A stretch of 64,000 nucleotides of DNA from the NCBI GenBank assembly GCA_017624115.1, contig JAGANQ010000068.1, positions 20,370-84,369 on the forward strand, written 5' to 3'. Positions 1 to 8,499 of the stretch are shown piece by piece. The notes beneath the pieces are model-generated. The model was not told where the DNA came from and searched no databases. It saw nothing but the letters and a program-made list of their open reading frames with translations. This stretch comes from Lachnospiraceae bacterium (GTDB lineage Bacteria; Bacillota; Clostridia; Lachnospirales; Lachnospiraceae). How positions within the stretch are numbered: the stretch's first letter is position 1; each line of letters starts with the position of its first letter. The position numbers and the translations under genes are program-made.

Positions 1-45
1 GATTTGACAGAAACTCTGTACCAGAAGCTCTATGATGCAGAATAA
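1..45 (+). CDS. 3' end of an unidentified CDS that enters from upstream of the window (...DLTETLYQKLYDAE, TAA at 43-45)
   Basis: Frame 1 is open from base 1 to TAA at 43-45 and is followed directly by a hairpin terminator. The fragment is too short to identify. Confidence 0.35.
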   Translation, partial: DLTETLYQKLYDAE

Positions 46-93
46 AAAAACAGCCACGAAGCGTAGTTAAAAAGCTTCGTGGCATTTTTATTT
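44..93. terminator. Bidirectional intrinsic terminator between convergent genes
   Basis: The stem GCCACGAAGC (53-62) pairs with GCTTCGTGGC (74-83). An A-run lies at 44-50 and a T-run at 85-89. It sits between the + strand CDS end and the nfnB stop at 100. Confidence 0.7.
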
Positions 94-99
94 CACTCT

Positions 100-1491
100 T
101 TATTTGTTAGACAGATACTCGTGGATACCTCTTGCGCCAGCCTTACCAGCCTCCATAGCAAGAATAACGGTTGCTGCACCTGTTACAGCATCACCGCCGG
201 CATATACACCTTCCTTGCTTGTCTTGCCGGTCTCAGCTTCTGCAATGATACATCTGTGCTTATTGATTTCCAGTCCCTTTGTAGTAGAAGAAATCAATGG
301 ATTCGGGGAAGTTCCGAGAGACATGATTACTGTATCAAGCTCCATCTCGAACTCAGAATCAGGAACCTCTACCGGACGTCTTCTGCCGGAAGCATCAGGC
401 TCACCAAGCTCCATCTTCACGCATTTCATCCCCTTCACCCAGCCGTTCTCATTTGCGAGAATCTCAACCGGATTTGTAAGAAGGTCAAAGATAATGCCCT
501 CTTCCTTTGCATGATGCACTTCTTCTGCTCTTGCAGGCAGCTCCTCTCCACTTCTTCTATATACAATATGAACCTCTGCACCCAGACGAAGTGCTGTTCT
601 TGCAGCGTCCATGGCAACATTACCGCCGCCTACTACAGCTACCTTCTTTCCGGCTACGATAGGAGTATCATAATCCTCCTTGAATGCCTTCATCAGGTTG
701 CTTCTTGTCAGGTACTCATTTGCGGAGAACACACCGTTTGCATTCTCGCCCGGAATTCCCATAAATCTTGGAAGCCCCGCACCGGAACCTACGAATACAG
801 CCTCAAAGCCTTCCTCATCCATCAGTTCGTCAATCGTTGTGGACTTGCCGATTACCACATTCGTCTCAATCTTAACACCTAACTTCTTCAGATTCTCGAT
901 TTCCGGCTTTACAACGCCTTCCTTTGGAAGACGGAACTCAGGAATACCATATACCAGTACTCCGCCCGGCTCATGAAGTGCTTCAAATACGGTCACTTCA
1001 TAGCCCAGCTTAGCCAGATCACCCGCACAGGTGATACCGGAAGGGCCGGAACCGATAACAGCAACCTTCTTACCGTTTGTATTCTCCGGCTTCTTAGGAG
1101 AAATGCCATTCTCTCTTGCCCAGTCAGCTGTGAAACGCTCCAGCTTTCCGATGGAGATAGCCTCACCCTTGACACCTCTGACACATTTGCCTTCACACTG
1201 GCTCTCCTGCGGAGATACACGACCGCATACTGCCGGAAGTGCGGAGGACTCAGAAATAATGCTGTATGCCTCTGCGATGTTTCCCTCCTGAACCTCTTTG
1301 ATAAAGCCTGGAATATTGATAGAAACAGGGCAGCCTGTCATACATCTTGCATTCTTACATTTCAGGCAGCGGGAAGCCTCTGCCTGTGCTTCTTCCATAT
1401 TATACCCAAGACAAACCTCTTCAAAATTCATTGCTCTTACCTGTGGCTCCTGCTCACGAACAGGCACCTTCTTTAATACATCGATATCCAT
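100..1491 (-). CDS. nfnB: GltD-like NADPH-dependent oxidoreductase (NfnB-type large subunit, glutamate synthase small-chain family)
   Basis: The N-terminal Cys clusters (CLKCKNARCMTGCP, CGRV..QCEGKC) fit two Fe-S sites. Two Rossmann motifs are present (VAVIGSGPSG and VAVVGGGNVAMD). It is paired with a PyrK-like subunit. I chose the start MDIDVLKK at 1491 because of the AAGGAGGATACC RBS; the ORF track extends to 1545. Confidence 0.8.
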   Translation of the reverse strand: MDIDVLKKVPVREQEPQVRAMNFEEVCLGYNMEEAQAEASRCLKCKNARCMTGCPVSINIPGFIKEVQEGNIAEAYSIISESSALPAVCGRVSPQESQCEGKCVRGVKGEAISIGKLERFTADWARENGISPKKPENTNGKKVAVIGSGPSGITCAGDLAKLGYEVTVFEALHEPGGVLVYGIPEFRLPKEGVVKPEIENLKKLGVKIETNVVIGKSTTIDELMDEEGFEAVFVGSGAGLPRFMGIPGENANGVFSANEYLTRSNLMKAFKEDYDTPIVAGKKVAVVGGGNVAMDAARTALRLGAEVHIVYRRSGEELPARAEEVHHAKEEGIIFDLLTNPVEILANENGWVKGMKCVKMELGEPDASGRRRPVEVPDSEFEMELDTVIMSLGTSPNPLISSTTKGLEINKHRCIIAEAETGKTSKEGVYAGGDAVTGAATVILAMEAGKAGARGIHEYLSNK

Positions 1492-1501
1492 GGTATCCTC
1501 C

Positions 1502-2383
1502 TTAATTGCAGTTTCCGCAGCCACCGTGATGAGTATCACCCTCACGAAGCTTAAGAATTGCTCTTCCTTCTTCGGTCTTATACATCTGCTGACGCTTCAT
1601 CGCTTCATCAAAGTTTACCAGATGTCCATCGAATTCCGGTCCGTCTACGCAGGCAAACTTCACTTCATTTCCGACTGTTACACGGCATGCACCGCACATA
1701 CCGGTACCGTCTACCATAATCGGGTTCAGGCTGACAATAGTAGGAATCTGCAGCTCTTTTGTAAGAAGGGCAACGAATTTCATCATAATCATCGGTCCGA
1801 TAGCAACACATACGTCGTATTTCTTTCCCTGATTATTTACAAGATCCTTGATTACCTCTGTCACCATACCTTTTCTCTCATAGGAACCATCATCTGTCGT
1901 CACATACAGATTGCCGGCTACCTTTCTCATCTGATCTTCCAGAATCAGTAAATCCTTTGTCTTGGAGCCCATAATAACATCTGCCTCAATGCCATGCTCA
2001 TGAAGCCATTTTACCTGTGGATATACCGGTGCAGTACCCACACCGCCTGCTACAAAGAGCATTTTCTTATTCTTCAGGCTTTCGATATCCTCATGCACAA
2101 ATTCAGATGGCTGACCTAACGGTCCGGTAAAATCACGGAAGCTGTCGCCTGCCTTTAAAGCGGACATCTTCTCTGTCGATGCTCCAACTATCTGGAACAC
2201 AATCGTAATAGTTCCAGCTTCACGGTCATAATCACAAATCGTAAGCGGAATTCTTTCTCCCCTGTCATCCATTTTTGCAATAATAAACTGACCCGGCTGA
2301 CAGGACTTTGCAATTCGTTTTGCCTCAACATCCATTAAAAAGATTTTATCGGCAAGTTTTTCTGCTTTCAGTATCTTGTACAT
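1502..2383 (-). CDS. nfnA: PyrK/sulfide-dehydrogenase-like FAD/NAD(P)-binding subunit with a C-terminal 2Fe-2S motif (NfnA-type)
   Basis: MYKILKAEKL... shows the ferredoxin-reductase fold pattern and a C-terminal MCGACRV..C cluster. The ATG at 2383 is preceded by GGAGGG. It lies directly upstream of the GltD-like gene. Confidence 0.8.
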   Translation of the reverse strand: MYKILKAEKLADKIFLMDVEAKRIAKSCQPGQFIIAKMDDRGERIPLTICDYDREAGTITIVFQIVGASTEKMSALKAGDSFRDFTGPLGQPSEFVHEDIESLKNKKMLFVAGGVGTAPVYPQVKWLHEHGIEADVIMGSKTKDLLILEDQMRKVAGNLYVTTDDGSYERKGMVTEVIKDLVNNQGKKYDVCVAIGPMIMMKFVALLTKELQIPTIVSLNPIMVDGTGMCGACRVTVGNEVKFACVDGPEFDGHLVNFDEAMKRQQMYKTEEGRAILKLREGDTHHGGCGNCN

Positions 2384-2438
2384 TGTTTCCCTCCTAAAAA
2401 AATCTATTGCAACCCATATCTGGATTTTACAATCATTT

Positions 2439-3935
2439 TCATTTCTCTGTAGTTTTCGGCAGGCACACATAGCCTCCCTCTACCAGGGACAGAGTGTAAG
2501 CATCCCCGTTCTCAGTGTTAATACCGTACAGCATTTCACTCAGCGTAGCTGTTTCTCCGTCTACCGTCCTTCTTAATGTAAATACATAGTATTCCTTTAC
2601 TTCACCTTCTGTGTCAGCTTCTGCTGTTCCCTGCTCCTGTGCTCCTTCCTGCACCTTAAGCGGTGTCAGAATCTGTGCCAGCTCCACAAACTGTACATTG
2701 ATGCGTTCACCGTTTCCTCTGTTACCATTAAGGTCAGACATAATCCCCAGTGAAACAAGATAATTTTTAAGCTTAATTACCGCCGCATCATATGGGAAAG
2801 CACGATCAATCGTGCACTCATAATTCTTTTTTGCCACATTGCTGGAAACACCGTATTTATCTACAATAATCGCCGAGAAAATACTGTTGCCAACCGGCAT
2901 GATAATCGGCTCACTATACAGATAGGAGGTTTCCTTATTTGGAACAGTTCCGTCTATCGTATAATATGCAGCTGCCCCCTCGGGTACTACAATTTCTATC
3001 TGCTGCGAATACTCATATTTCCCGCTTTCCGGTGCAACCACCGGCGCATCTGGAACAACCAGCGATATCGTGTATTCCTCCCTCAGCTCTTCTCCTTCCA
3101 GTCCTGCCTCGTTCACCGCCACTGCCCGGAGCACAGTCTTACCCACTTTCTCAATAGCAATCGGACTTGTATACACCAGACTGGAAACAGACGGATCAGA
3201 GCCGTCCACTGTATAATAAATGACTACCCCTGACTGGCTGTTAGACAGGCTGACCTCCAGATAATCATGGTACTCACCGCCGGAAATACTTGCTGACAGA
3301 CTGCCTGTACGATAATCAGAAAGTGCCTCTCCGATTTCTGTTCCCTGCGTATCCTTGAGAATACGGTTCATCAGCTCTGTATTTTCCGCCATCTCACAGG
3401 CTTTCATCAGCTGTACATAGTATTCTACAGTCGGATACGTATTAACCACATCAAGCAGCAGCTCTACCACACGGTCATAATCTCCCATTTTCATATAGCA
3501 GTCTATAATATTCAGCTGCAGTGCCACATCATCCTCTGCACTGTGTCCGTCCTTCTGTGCCGCCTTATAAAATTGAATTGCCGCAGCGTAATTCTGCTCT
3601 GCATAAGCCTCTCTTCCACGATTGTAAAGATAAGAGTAGGAATTCACATACCGGTAATGAACAAAAAAACCAATCCCTCCTGCCAGTAATGCCACAATCA
3701 GTACAGCCGCACTGATTAACAGGATTCTCTGCTGCTGTTTCTTTTTCTTACGCCCCTGTACTCTTCTGCGTTTCCTTCGTTCTAATTCTCTGGCATCCTT
3801 ATCTTTCTCTTCAATCGGAACCTCTATCTCAAAATCAAGCGGATTATAATCAGGAACAATCTGAAGCGCTGTTCCGCACTTCTGGCAGAATACTTCGCCT
3901 ATATCCACTTCATTCCCACATTTCCTGCACTTCAC
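2439..3935 (-). CDS. Zinc-ribbon / single-TM / TPR protein with two chitobiase-hexosaminidase-C-like (IYYTxDGSxP) repeats
   Basis: The N-terminus has CRKCGN..CQKCG, then a basic stretch and a hydrophobic helix (ILLISAAVLIVALLAGGIGFFV). TPR-like YAAAIQFYKAA follows, then VIYYTVDGSDP and AYYTIDGTVP repeats. The GTG start at 3935 has an AGAGGTGA RBS. Confidence 0.6.
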   Translation of the reverse strand: MKCRKCGNEVDIGEVFCQKCGTALQIVPDYNPLDFEIEVPIEEKDKDARELERRKRRRVQGRKKKKQQQRILLISAAVLIVALLAGGIGFFVHYRYVNSYSYLYNRGREAYAEQNYAAAIQFYKAAQKDGHSAEDDVALQLNIIDCYMKMGDYDRVVELLLDVVNTYPTVEYYVQLMKACEMAENTELMNRILKDTQGTEIGEALSDYRTGSLSASISGGEYHDYLEVSLSNSQSGVVIYYTVDGSDPSVSSLVYTSPIAIEKVGKTVLRAVAVNEAGLEGEELREEYTISLVVPDAPVVAPESGKYEYSQQIEIVVPEGAAAYYTIDGTVPNKETSYLYSEPIIMPVGNSIFSAIIVDKYGVSSNVAKKNYECTIDRAFPYDAAVIKLKNYLVSLGIMSDLNGNRGNGERINVQFVELAQILTPLKVQEGAQEQGTAEADTEGEVKEYYVFTLRRTVDGETATLSEMLYGINTENGDAYTLSLVEGGYVCLPKTTEK

Positions 3936-3977
3936 AAAATCACCTCTTACCGTTGCCGTCTAAAAGCTTTTCGTACT

Positions 3978-4006
3978 ATTCTACCATATCTTAGAGGCTT
4001 TCGCAA
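3978..4006 (-). promoter_or_regulatory. Sigma-A type promoter (TTGCGA-17-TAGAAT with a TGn extended -10)
   Basis: The minus strand reads TTGCGAAAGCCTCTAAGATATGGTAGAAT, about 45 nt upstream of the GTG start at 3935. Confidence 0.55.
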
Positions 4007-4037
4007 GTGCACACTGTTTTTTTCATAACAAAAGTTA

Positions 4038-4292
4038 CTAATCCCTGTTTTTCAAAATTTGTATGATGCTGTCATAATTCTCCGGCTGATGCGGGAAGGT
4101 ACAGTCTGTGCATATTTTGAGCTTTCTTCCCTCTTTCTCCACATAACGCGGATTTCCCGGACACTTTTCTCTTCCATACATCGGGCAGTAGCAGAACAGA
4201 CAGTTAAAATCAGAAAGCCCTTTGTGGCATGGGAAATATTTACATTCCCTGTTTTCAAAAAAACGATATGAATTCTCCATGTTAATCACCAT
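4038..4292 (-). CDS. Cysteine-rich small domain protein (zf-like family often linked to cobalamin operons)
   Basis: YRFFENRECKYFPCHKGLSDFNCLFCYCPMYGREKCPGNP...CTDCTFPH contains 11 Cys in about 80 aa. It is the last gene of the cob cluster and overlaps the cbiA stop. The alternative start MENSY at 4280, with a GGTGA RBS, is perhaps more likely. Confidence 0.65.
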   Translation of the reverse strand: MVINMENSYRFFENRECKYFPCHKGLSDFNCLFCYCPMYGREKCPGNPRYVEKEGRKLKICTDCTFPHQPENYDSIIQILKNRD

Positions 4293-5688
4293 ACCTTTCC
4301 CATACCGGCAGTCTTTGTGCTGCAGTCATAAAGGCTCGTGCCTTGTTCACAAAGTTCTTTGCAAACTGCGGATTGGACGGATAATACAGATGAGGGAAGC
4401 CCCACCAGTGATTATTTCCCGCCATGACGCATGAATAGCGTTTCCCGGAAACCGGCTTCACCGCCTGGCAGTCGCTGCCATTGTCCGTACTGTCATAGTA
4501 ATGAAACTCATGCCCGCGGATTTTTCCTTCCGGCTCCAGAAAGCTGGTGCGTTTCTCCTCTATCTCAATATAACCGAAACGCACCAGCTTTCCCGTATTA
4601 TGGCACCTTCCCGGGATAACCCCTGCCATCGCAAACAATCCCGATTCATTTTCCAGCTCTTCATGCAGATACATGAAACCGCCGCACTCTGCCACAGAAG
4701 GCATTCCTTCTTCTATTGCCTTCCTTATCGACTTCCTCATCTCTGTATTCCTGCTTAACTGACTGGCATACAGCTCTGGATATCCCCCGCCTATAAGAAG
4801 TCCTGCACATTTTTCCGGCAGCGCTTTATCATACAGCGGTGAAAAATATTCAATTTTTGTACCATATTCCTCCAGCAGCCTGATATTATCTTCATAATAA
4901 AAGCAGAATGCATCATCCTTTGCCACCGCTATCACAGGCATTTCTGTTTCTTCTTCCTTTGTGAGCTTATGAACACCGCTTCTGGTATATGCAATATTCT
5001 CTGCTGCAGAGGCAATCTGCAGTATTTTATCCACGTCTGCCGTTTTCTCGAGCTCTTCTGACATAATTTGCAGCTTTTCCTTCATATGCTGCATTTCCTG
5101 CGGCATTTTAAGACCCAGATGCCTGCTTTCGATGCATAATTCTCTATTTTCCTGGAAATATCCAAGAACCTGAACAGACAGCTCCTCTTCTATCAATGGT
5201 CTGATTATTTCATAATAGCCCTTCGACATTCTGTTTAATATTACACCCTGAATCAGTTTTTCCCTGTCATAGGCCAGAAAGCCTGCCAGAAGCGGTATAA
5301 CAGAACGTCCCATACCTTTTGCATCCACCACAAGAACAATGGGAGTTTTCGTCACTGATGCCAGATGATAGGAAGATCCTTCCTCTCTTGTTCCGCCTAA
5401 ACCATCAAACAGTCCCATCACTCCCTCCAAAACAGCAAATTCCCCATCTTTTCTGTCCTTTAACAGCAGTCCTCTGGTTTCCTCTGCTCCGGAAAAAAAA
5501 GTATCAAGGTTTTTAGAAGGGATGCCTATGACTCTCTGATGGAACATAGGGTCAATATAATCCGGGCCGCATTTATACGAAAAAACCTTCATGCCTCTGT
5601 CCTTCAAAGCCTGCAATAACGCACACATGAGCATTGTTTTCCCACTGCCGCTCTTTGGTGCCGCAATCATAATCCTGTTTAATTTCAT
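4282..5688 (-). CDS. cbiA: Cobyrinate a,c-diamide synthase
   Basis: It has an N-terminal P-loop (IAAPKSGSGKT), the CGPDYIDP motif, and a C-terminal glutamine amidotransferase-like part (GGYPEL, ECGG). Confidence 0.9.
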   Translation of the reverse strand: MKLNRIMIAAPKSGSGKTMLMCALLQALKDRGMKVFSYKCGPDYIDPMFHQRVIGIPSKNLDTFFSGAEETRGLLLKDRKDGEFAVLEGVMGLFDGLGGTREEGSSYHLASVTKTPIVLVVDAKGMGRSVIPLLAGFLAYDREKLIQGVILNRMSKGYYEIIRPLIEEELSVQVLGYFQENRELCIESRHLGLKMPQEMQHMKEKLQIMSEELEKTADVDKILQIASAAENIAYTRSGVHKLTKEEETEMPVIAVAKDDAFCFYYEDNIRLLEEYGTKIEYFSPLYDKALPEKCAGLLIGGGYPELYASQLSRNTEMRKSIRKAIEEGMPSVAECGGFMYLHEELENESGLFAMAGVIPGRCHNTGKLVRFGYIEIEEKRTSFLEPEGKIRGHEFHYYDSTDNGSDCQAVKPVSGKRYSCVMAGNNHWWGFPHLYYPSNPQFAKNFVNKARAFMTAAQRLPVWERYGD

Positions 5689-5705
5689 TTTAAACCTTTC
5701 CCATT

Positions 5706-7805
5706 CTATAATTCTTCTTTCTCCGGCATAAAATTAAAAGAAAAAATCCATACCGGATTCTCCGCCTGCATCAGATGATACCCTCCTGCCTTCTTTGTCC
5801 TGCTCACCTGCATCTGAACAATCTCTTCCTTCGTTACCGGATATTCTGATAATAGCTGTTGAAGCTCAGAAATCGTCTCCAGACTGATGGCATTGATTAC
5901 CACTCTCATAGAAGAATTTTTCCGGTACAGCTCTGTCAGAATCTCCTTCATCCGATGTCCGCTGCCGCCAATAAAAGCATGGGTAGGCATCGGTAACGAA
6001 GTCATGCCTTCCGGTGCTTCCGCCTCTACCACCTGTACATTCCATGTCTGAAACTGCTGTCTGTTCTGCTCTATGAGAGCAGCCGCTTCCTTTTTCCGCT
6101 CAATGGCAAATACCTGTATCCGCGGAGAAAGCCCTGCCGCCTCCACTGCGATAGAGCCTGTACCGCTTCCAATATCATAAAGCACCGAATCCTCCCGCAA
6201 ATGCAGCTTACAGATGCTGACCTCCCGCACCTCTTCCTTCGTCATCGGTACTGCATCACGGATAAACTCTGCATCTGCCCTGCCGTGTGTTAAACGCTTC
6301 GTCTCAAAAAATGGATTGGTAATCAGGCAGGTATACAGTCCTTTTTTTGTAACATGACTGCATTCCTCCGGCGACAGCTGCAGAATCTCCTGTTCCGGAT
6401 AAGAAAGCTGATATCCCACTGTTACCCTGCAAAGCGGCAGCGTCTGTTTTATCAGCAGCCTTCCCAGCTCACCTACATCCTCTGCTCCCGACATCAGCAG
6501 AAAGGTTCTGTTATGATGCTGTATTGCATTCATAATCTCCTGCCACTGCTCCGTTTTTTTTCCGTGCATACTTCTGATTGCCGCGTCCTGCCAGCTTTCA
6601 CCTGCATATGCAGCCAGACAGGCTACCGAAGATATACCTGGCAGAATGCGCAGTGATGCCTTTATTGCTCCATCATTCACTTCTTTCAGAAGTTTATGAT
6701 AAAGCTTCTCACATCCGCTGTAAAATCCGCTGTCACCGGAAAAAAGGATAACTACTTTACAGCTTTCTGATAAATTATATTTTTTCTGAATCTCTTTAAG
6801 ATAAGGAATAATCTGCACAGCCAGATAATATGGCTTTTTCTCAATCCTGGGCTGGTATTGTTCTATCATCCTTTCCGCTCCAAGAAGAATATCCGCTTCA
6901 GCGACAGCCTCAAAGACCTCTCTGGTAAGACCTGCGGTGCTGCCCATCCCAGTACCTGCCAGAACGATTTCCATCTGCTGTCTCAGGATTATCTCCTTAC
7001 TGCAGAGCCCGGAAAGCTTATCACATACCTCCCGAAAGGAATACCCGTTGTCCTCTGCCGGGCTTCCTATTACATAAACCGGAATATCTGCTTTTCTTGC
7101 CGCCTCTATCTTCTCAGAATATCCGCCGGAAATACCGCTGCGCTTCGTCACCATACAGCGAATCCGGTACTGGTGCAGAAGAGCCAGATTCAGCTCCTCC
7201 GAAAAGGGTCCCTGCAATGCCAGCACCTGCTTTCCGCAGATACCCTGTCTCATACACAGTTCAATGCTTTCCATGCCCGGAAGCACTCTGACATAGAGCC
7301 GTTCTTTCAGACCTTCGTGGCGGCTGTATGTTTCCAGCTCCTTGCTGCCCGTTGTCAGAAGAATATTGCCCTCTGTTTTCTCCAAAGCCTCTGCGCATGA
7401 TTCATTGCTGTCAAAATAAGTAATTTTATCATAGCTCTGCCCGTTGTCCATCTCACGCTTTAGCCTCAAATACGGAATTCTTATTCCAGAAGCAGCCAGC
7501 TCTTCCACCGCCGTTTTAATATTTTCTGTCACCTCACAGGCATACGGATGGGTAGCATCTACAACTACCACAAATTCGCCTTCTTCTATAAAGCTTCTGA
7601 TTTCCTCACAGTTCATTCTGCCTTTGTGTACCGTCACCTCCGGCAAATGCTTCAGAACAATTTCTCCATATTCTGTTGCCACACAGACCGTATGGGAAAT
7701 CCCGGCTGCCGCCAGACATTCCGACAGGCGTCTACCCTCTGTCGTTCCTGCAAATATCAGTATTCTTTTCAACTTGATACCCCCGCTTTGTAATGAGCTT
7801 CCCAT
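5706..7805 (-). CDS. cbiJET: Triple fusion: precorrin-6A reductase (CbiJ) + precorrin-6B C5,15-methyltransferase (CbiE) + decarboxylating C12 methyltransferase (CbiT)
   Basis: The N-terminal part ILIFAGTTEGRRL is CbiJ/CobK-like. The middle part (IVLAGTGMGS...FSGDSGFYS) is a tetrapyrrole methylase. The C-terminal part (YDIGSGTGSIAVEAA) is a class-I SAM methyltransferase. An alternative TTG start at 7772 behind GGGGG would remove most of the overlap with cbiH. Confidence 0.85.
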   Translation of the reverse strand: MGSSLQSGGIKLKRILIFAGTTEGRRLSECLAAAGISHTVCVATEYGEIVLKHLPEVTVHKGRMNCEEIRSFIEEGEFVVVVDATHPYACEVTENIKTAVEELAASGIRIPYLRLKREMDNGQSYDKITYFDSNESCAEALEKTEGNILLTTGSKELETYSRHEGLKERLYVRVLPGMESIELCMRQGICGKQVLALQGPFSEELNLALLHQYRIRCMVTKRSGISGGYSEKIEAARKADIPVYVIGSPAEDNGYSFREVCDKLSGLCSKEIILRQQMEIVLAGTGMGSTAGLTREVFEAVAEADILLGAERMIEQYQPRIEKKPYYLAVQIIPYLKEIQKKYNLSESCKVVILFSGDSGFYSGCEKLYHKLLKEVNDGAIKASLRILPGISSVACLAAYAGESWQDAAIRSMHGKKTEQWQEIMNAIQHHNRTFLLMSGAEDVGELGRLLIKQTLPLCRVTVGYQLSYPEQEILQLSPEECSHVTKKGLYTCLITNPFFETKRLTHGRADAEFIRDAVPMTKEEVREVSICKLHLREDSVLYDIGSGTGSIAVEAAGLSPRIQVFAIERKKEAAALIEQNRQQFQTWNVQVVEAEAPEGMTSLPMPTHAFIGGSGHRMKEILTELYRKNSSMRVVINAISLETISELQQLLSEYPVTKEEIVQMQVSRTKKAGGYHLMQAENPVWIFSFNFMPEKEEL

Positions 7806-8499
7806 TTACTGCTTCAGAACTGCTGTTTCCTACAAAAACCGTAGTAAACATATTTACCTCTGCTTCTCTAAGCTCTTTAAGTGTACACGTTACCGCTTTT
7901 GTTCCTTCTCTGCCTATATTCTCCACATACCCGCAGGCACGCTCCGGCTCTATGGTTTCCAGTAATATATCACAGGCACGTTTCAGATAATCATGCCGCT
8001 TATGGCTGGAAGGATTATAAATGGCTATTGCAAAATCTCCTTCGGCAGCCGCCCGCAGCCGTTTCTCTATTTTCTCCCACGGTGTCAGCAAATCGCTTAA
8101 GCTGATTACGCAGAAATCATGGTTAAGCGGTGCACCAAGGACAGCCGCTCCACTGTTTGCCGCTGTAATTCCCGGTATGATTACAAGCTCTGTCTGCGGA
8201 TAGTTCTTTCCGATTTCATACATCAGGGAAGCCATCCCATATACTCCCGCATCTCCGCTGCAGACCAGAGCTACCTTTTTCCCTTTTTCTGCCTCCTCAA
8301 AGCATCTCTCACAGCGCTCTTTCTCCTTACGCATCGGTGTCGTAAAGAACTCTTTGCCGGAAAACCGCTCACCTAACAGCTCGACATATAAAGAATATCC
8401 AACTATCATATCAGCCTGCTCAAGTGCCTGCATTGCCTCAAAGGTCATCATTTCTTCCCTGCCTGGTCCCATTCCGACAATATAAATCTTATTCTTCAT
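7732..8499 (-). CDS. cbiH: Cobalt-factor III / precorrin-3B C17-methyltransferase
   Basis: KIYIVGMGPGREEMMT and VCSGDAGVYGMAS are tetrapyrrole methylase motifs. I chose the start MKNKIYIV at 8499, which abuts the cbiG stop; the ORF track extends to 8529. Confidence 0.85.
   Translation of the reverse strand: MKNKIYIVGMGPGREEMMTFEAMQALEQADMIVGYSLYVELLGERFSGKEFFTTPMRKEKERCERCFEEAEKGKKVALVCSGDAGVYGMASLMYEIGKNYPQTELVIIPGITAANSGAAVLGAPLNHDFCVISLSDLLTPWEKIEKRLRAAAEGDFAIAIYNPSSHKRHDYLKRACDILLETIEPERACGYVENIGREGTKAVTCTLKELREAEVNMFTTVFVGNSSSEAVNGKLITKRGYQVEKNTDICRNDRG

Noticed and set aside
79-1951. Several + strand ORFs of 130-270 aa (79-882, 104-514, 973-1476, 1298-1951) overlapping the nfnAB genes.
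   Set aside because: Their composition is Cys/Ser/Leu-rich and low in complexity, and no motifs were found. The opposite strand encodes clear GltD-like and PyrK-like proteins, so these are frame shadows.
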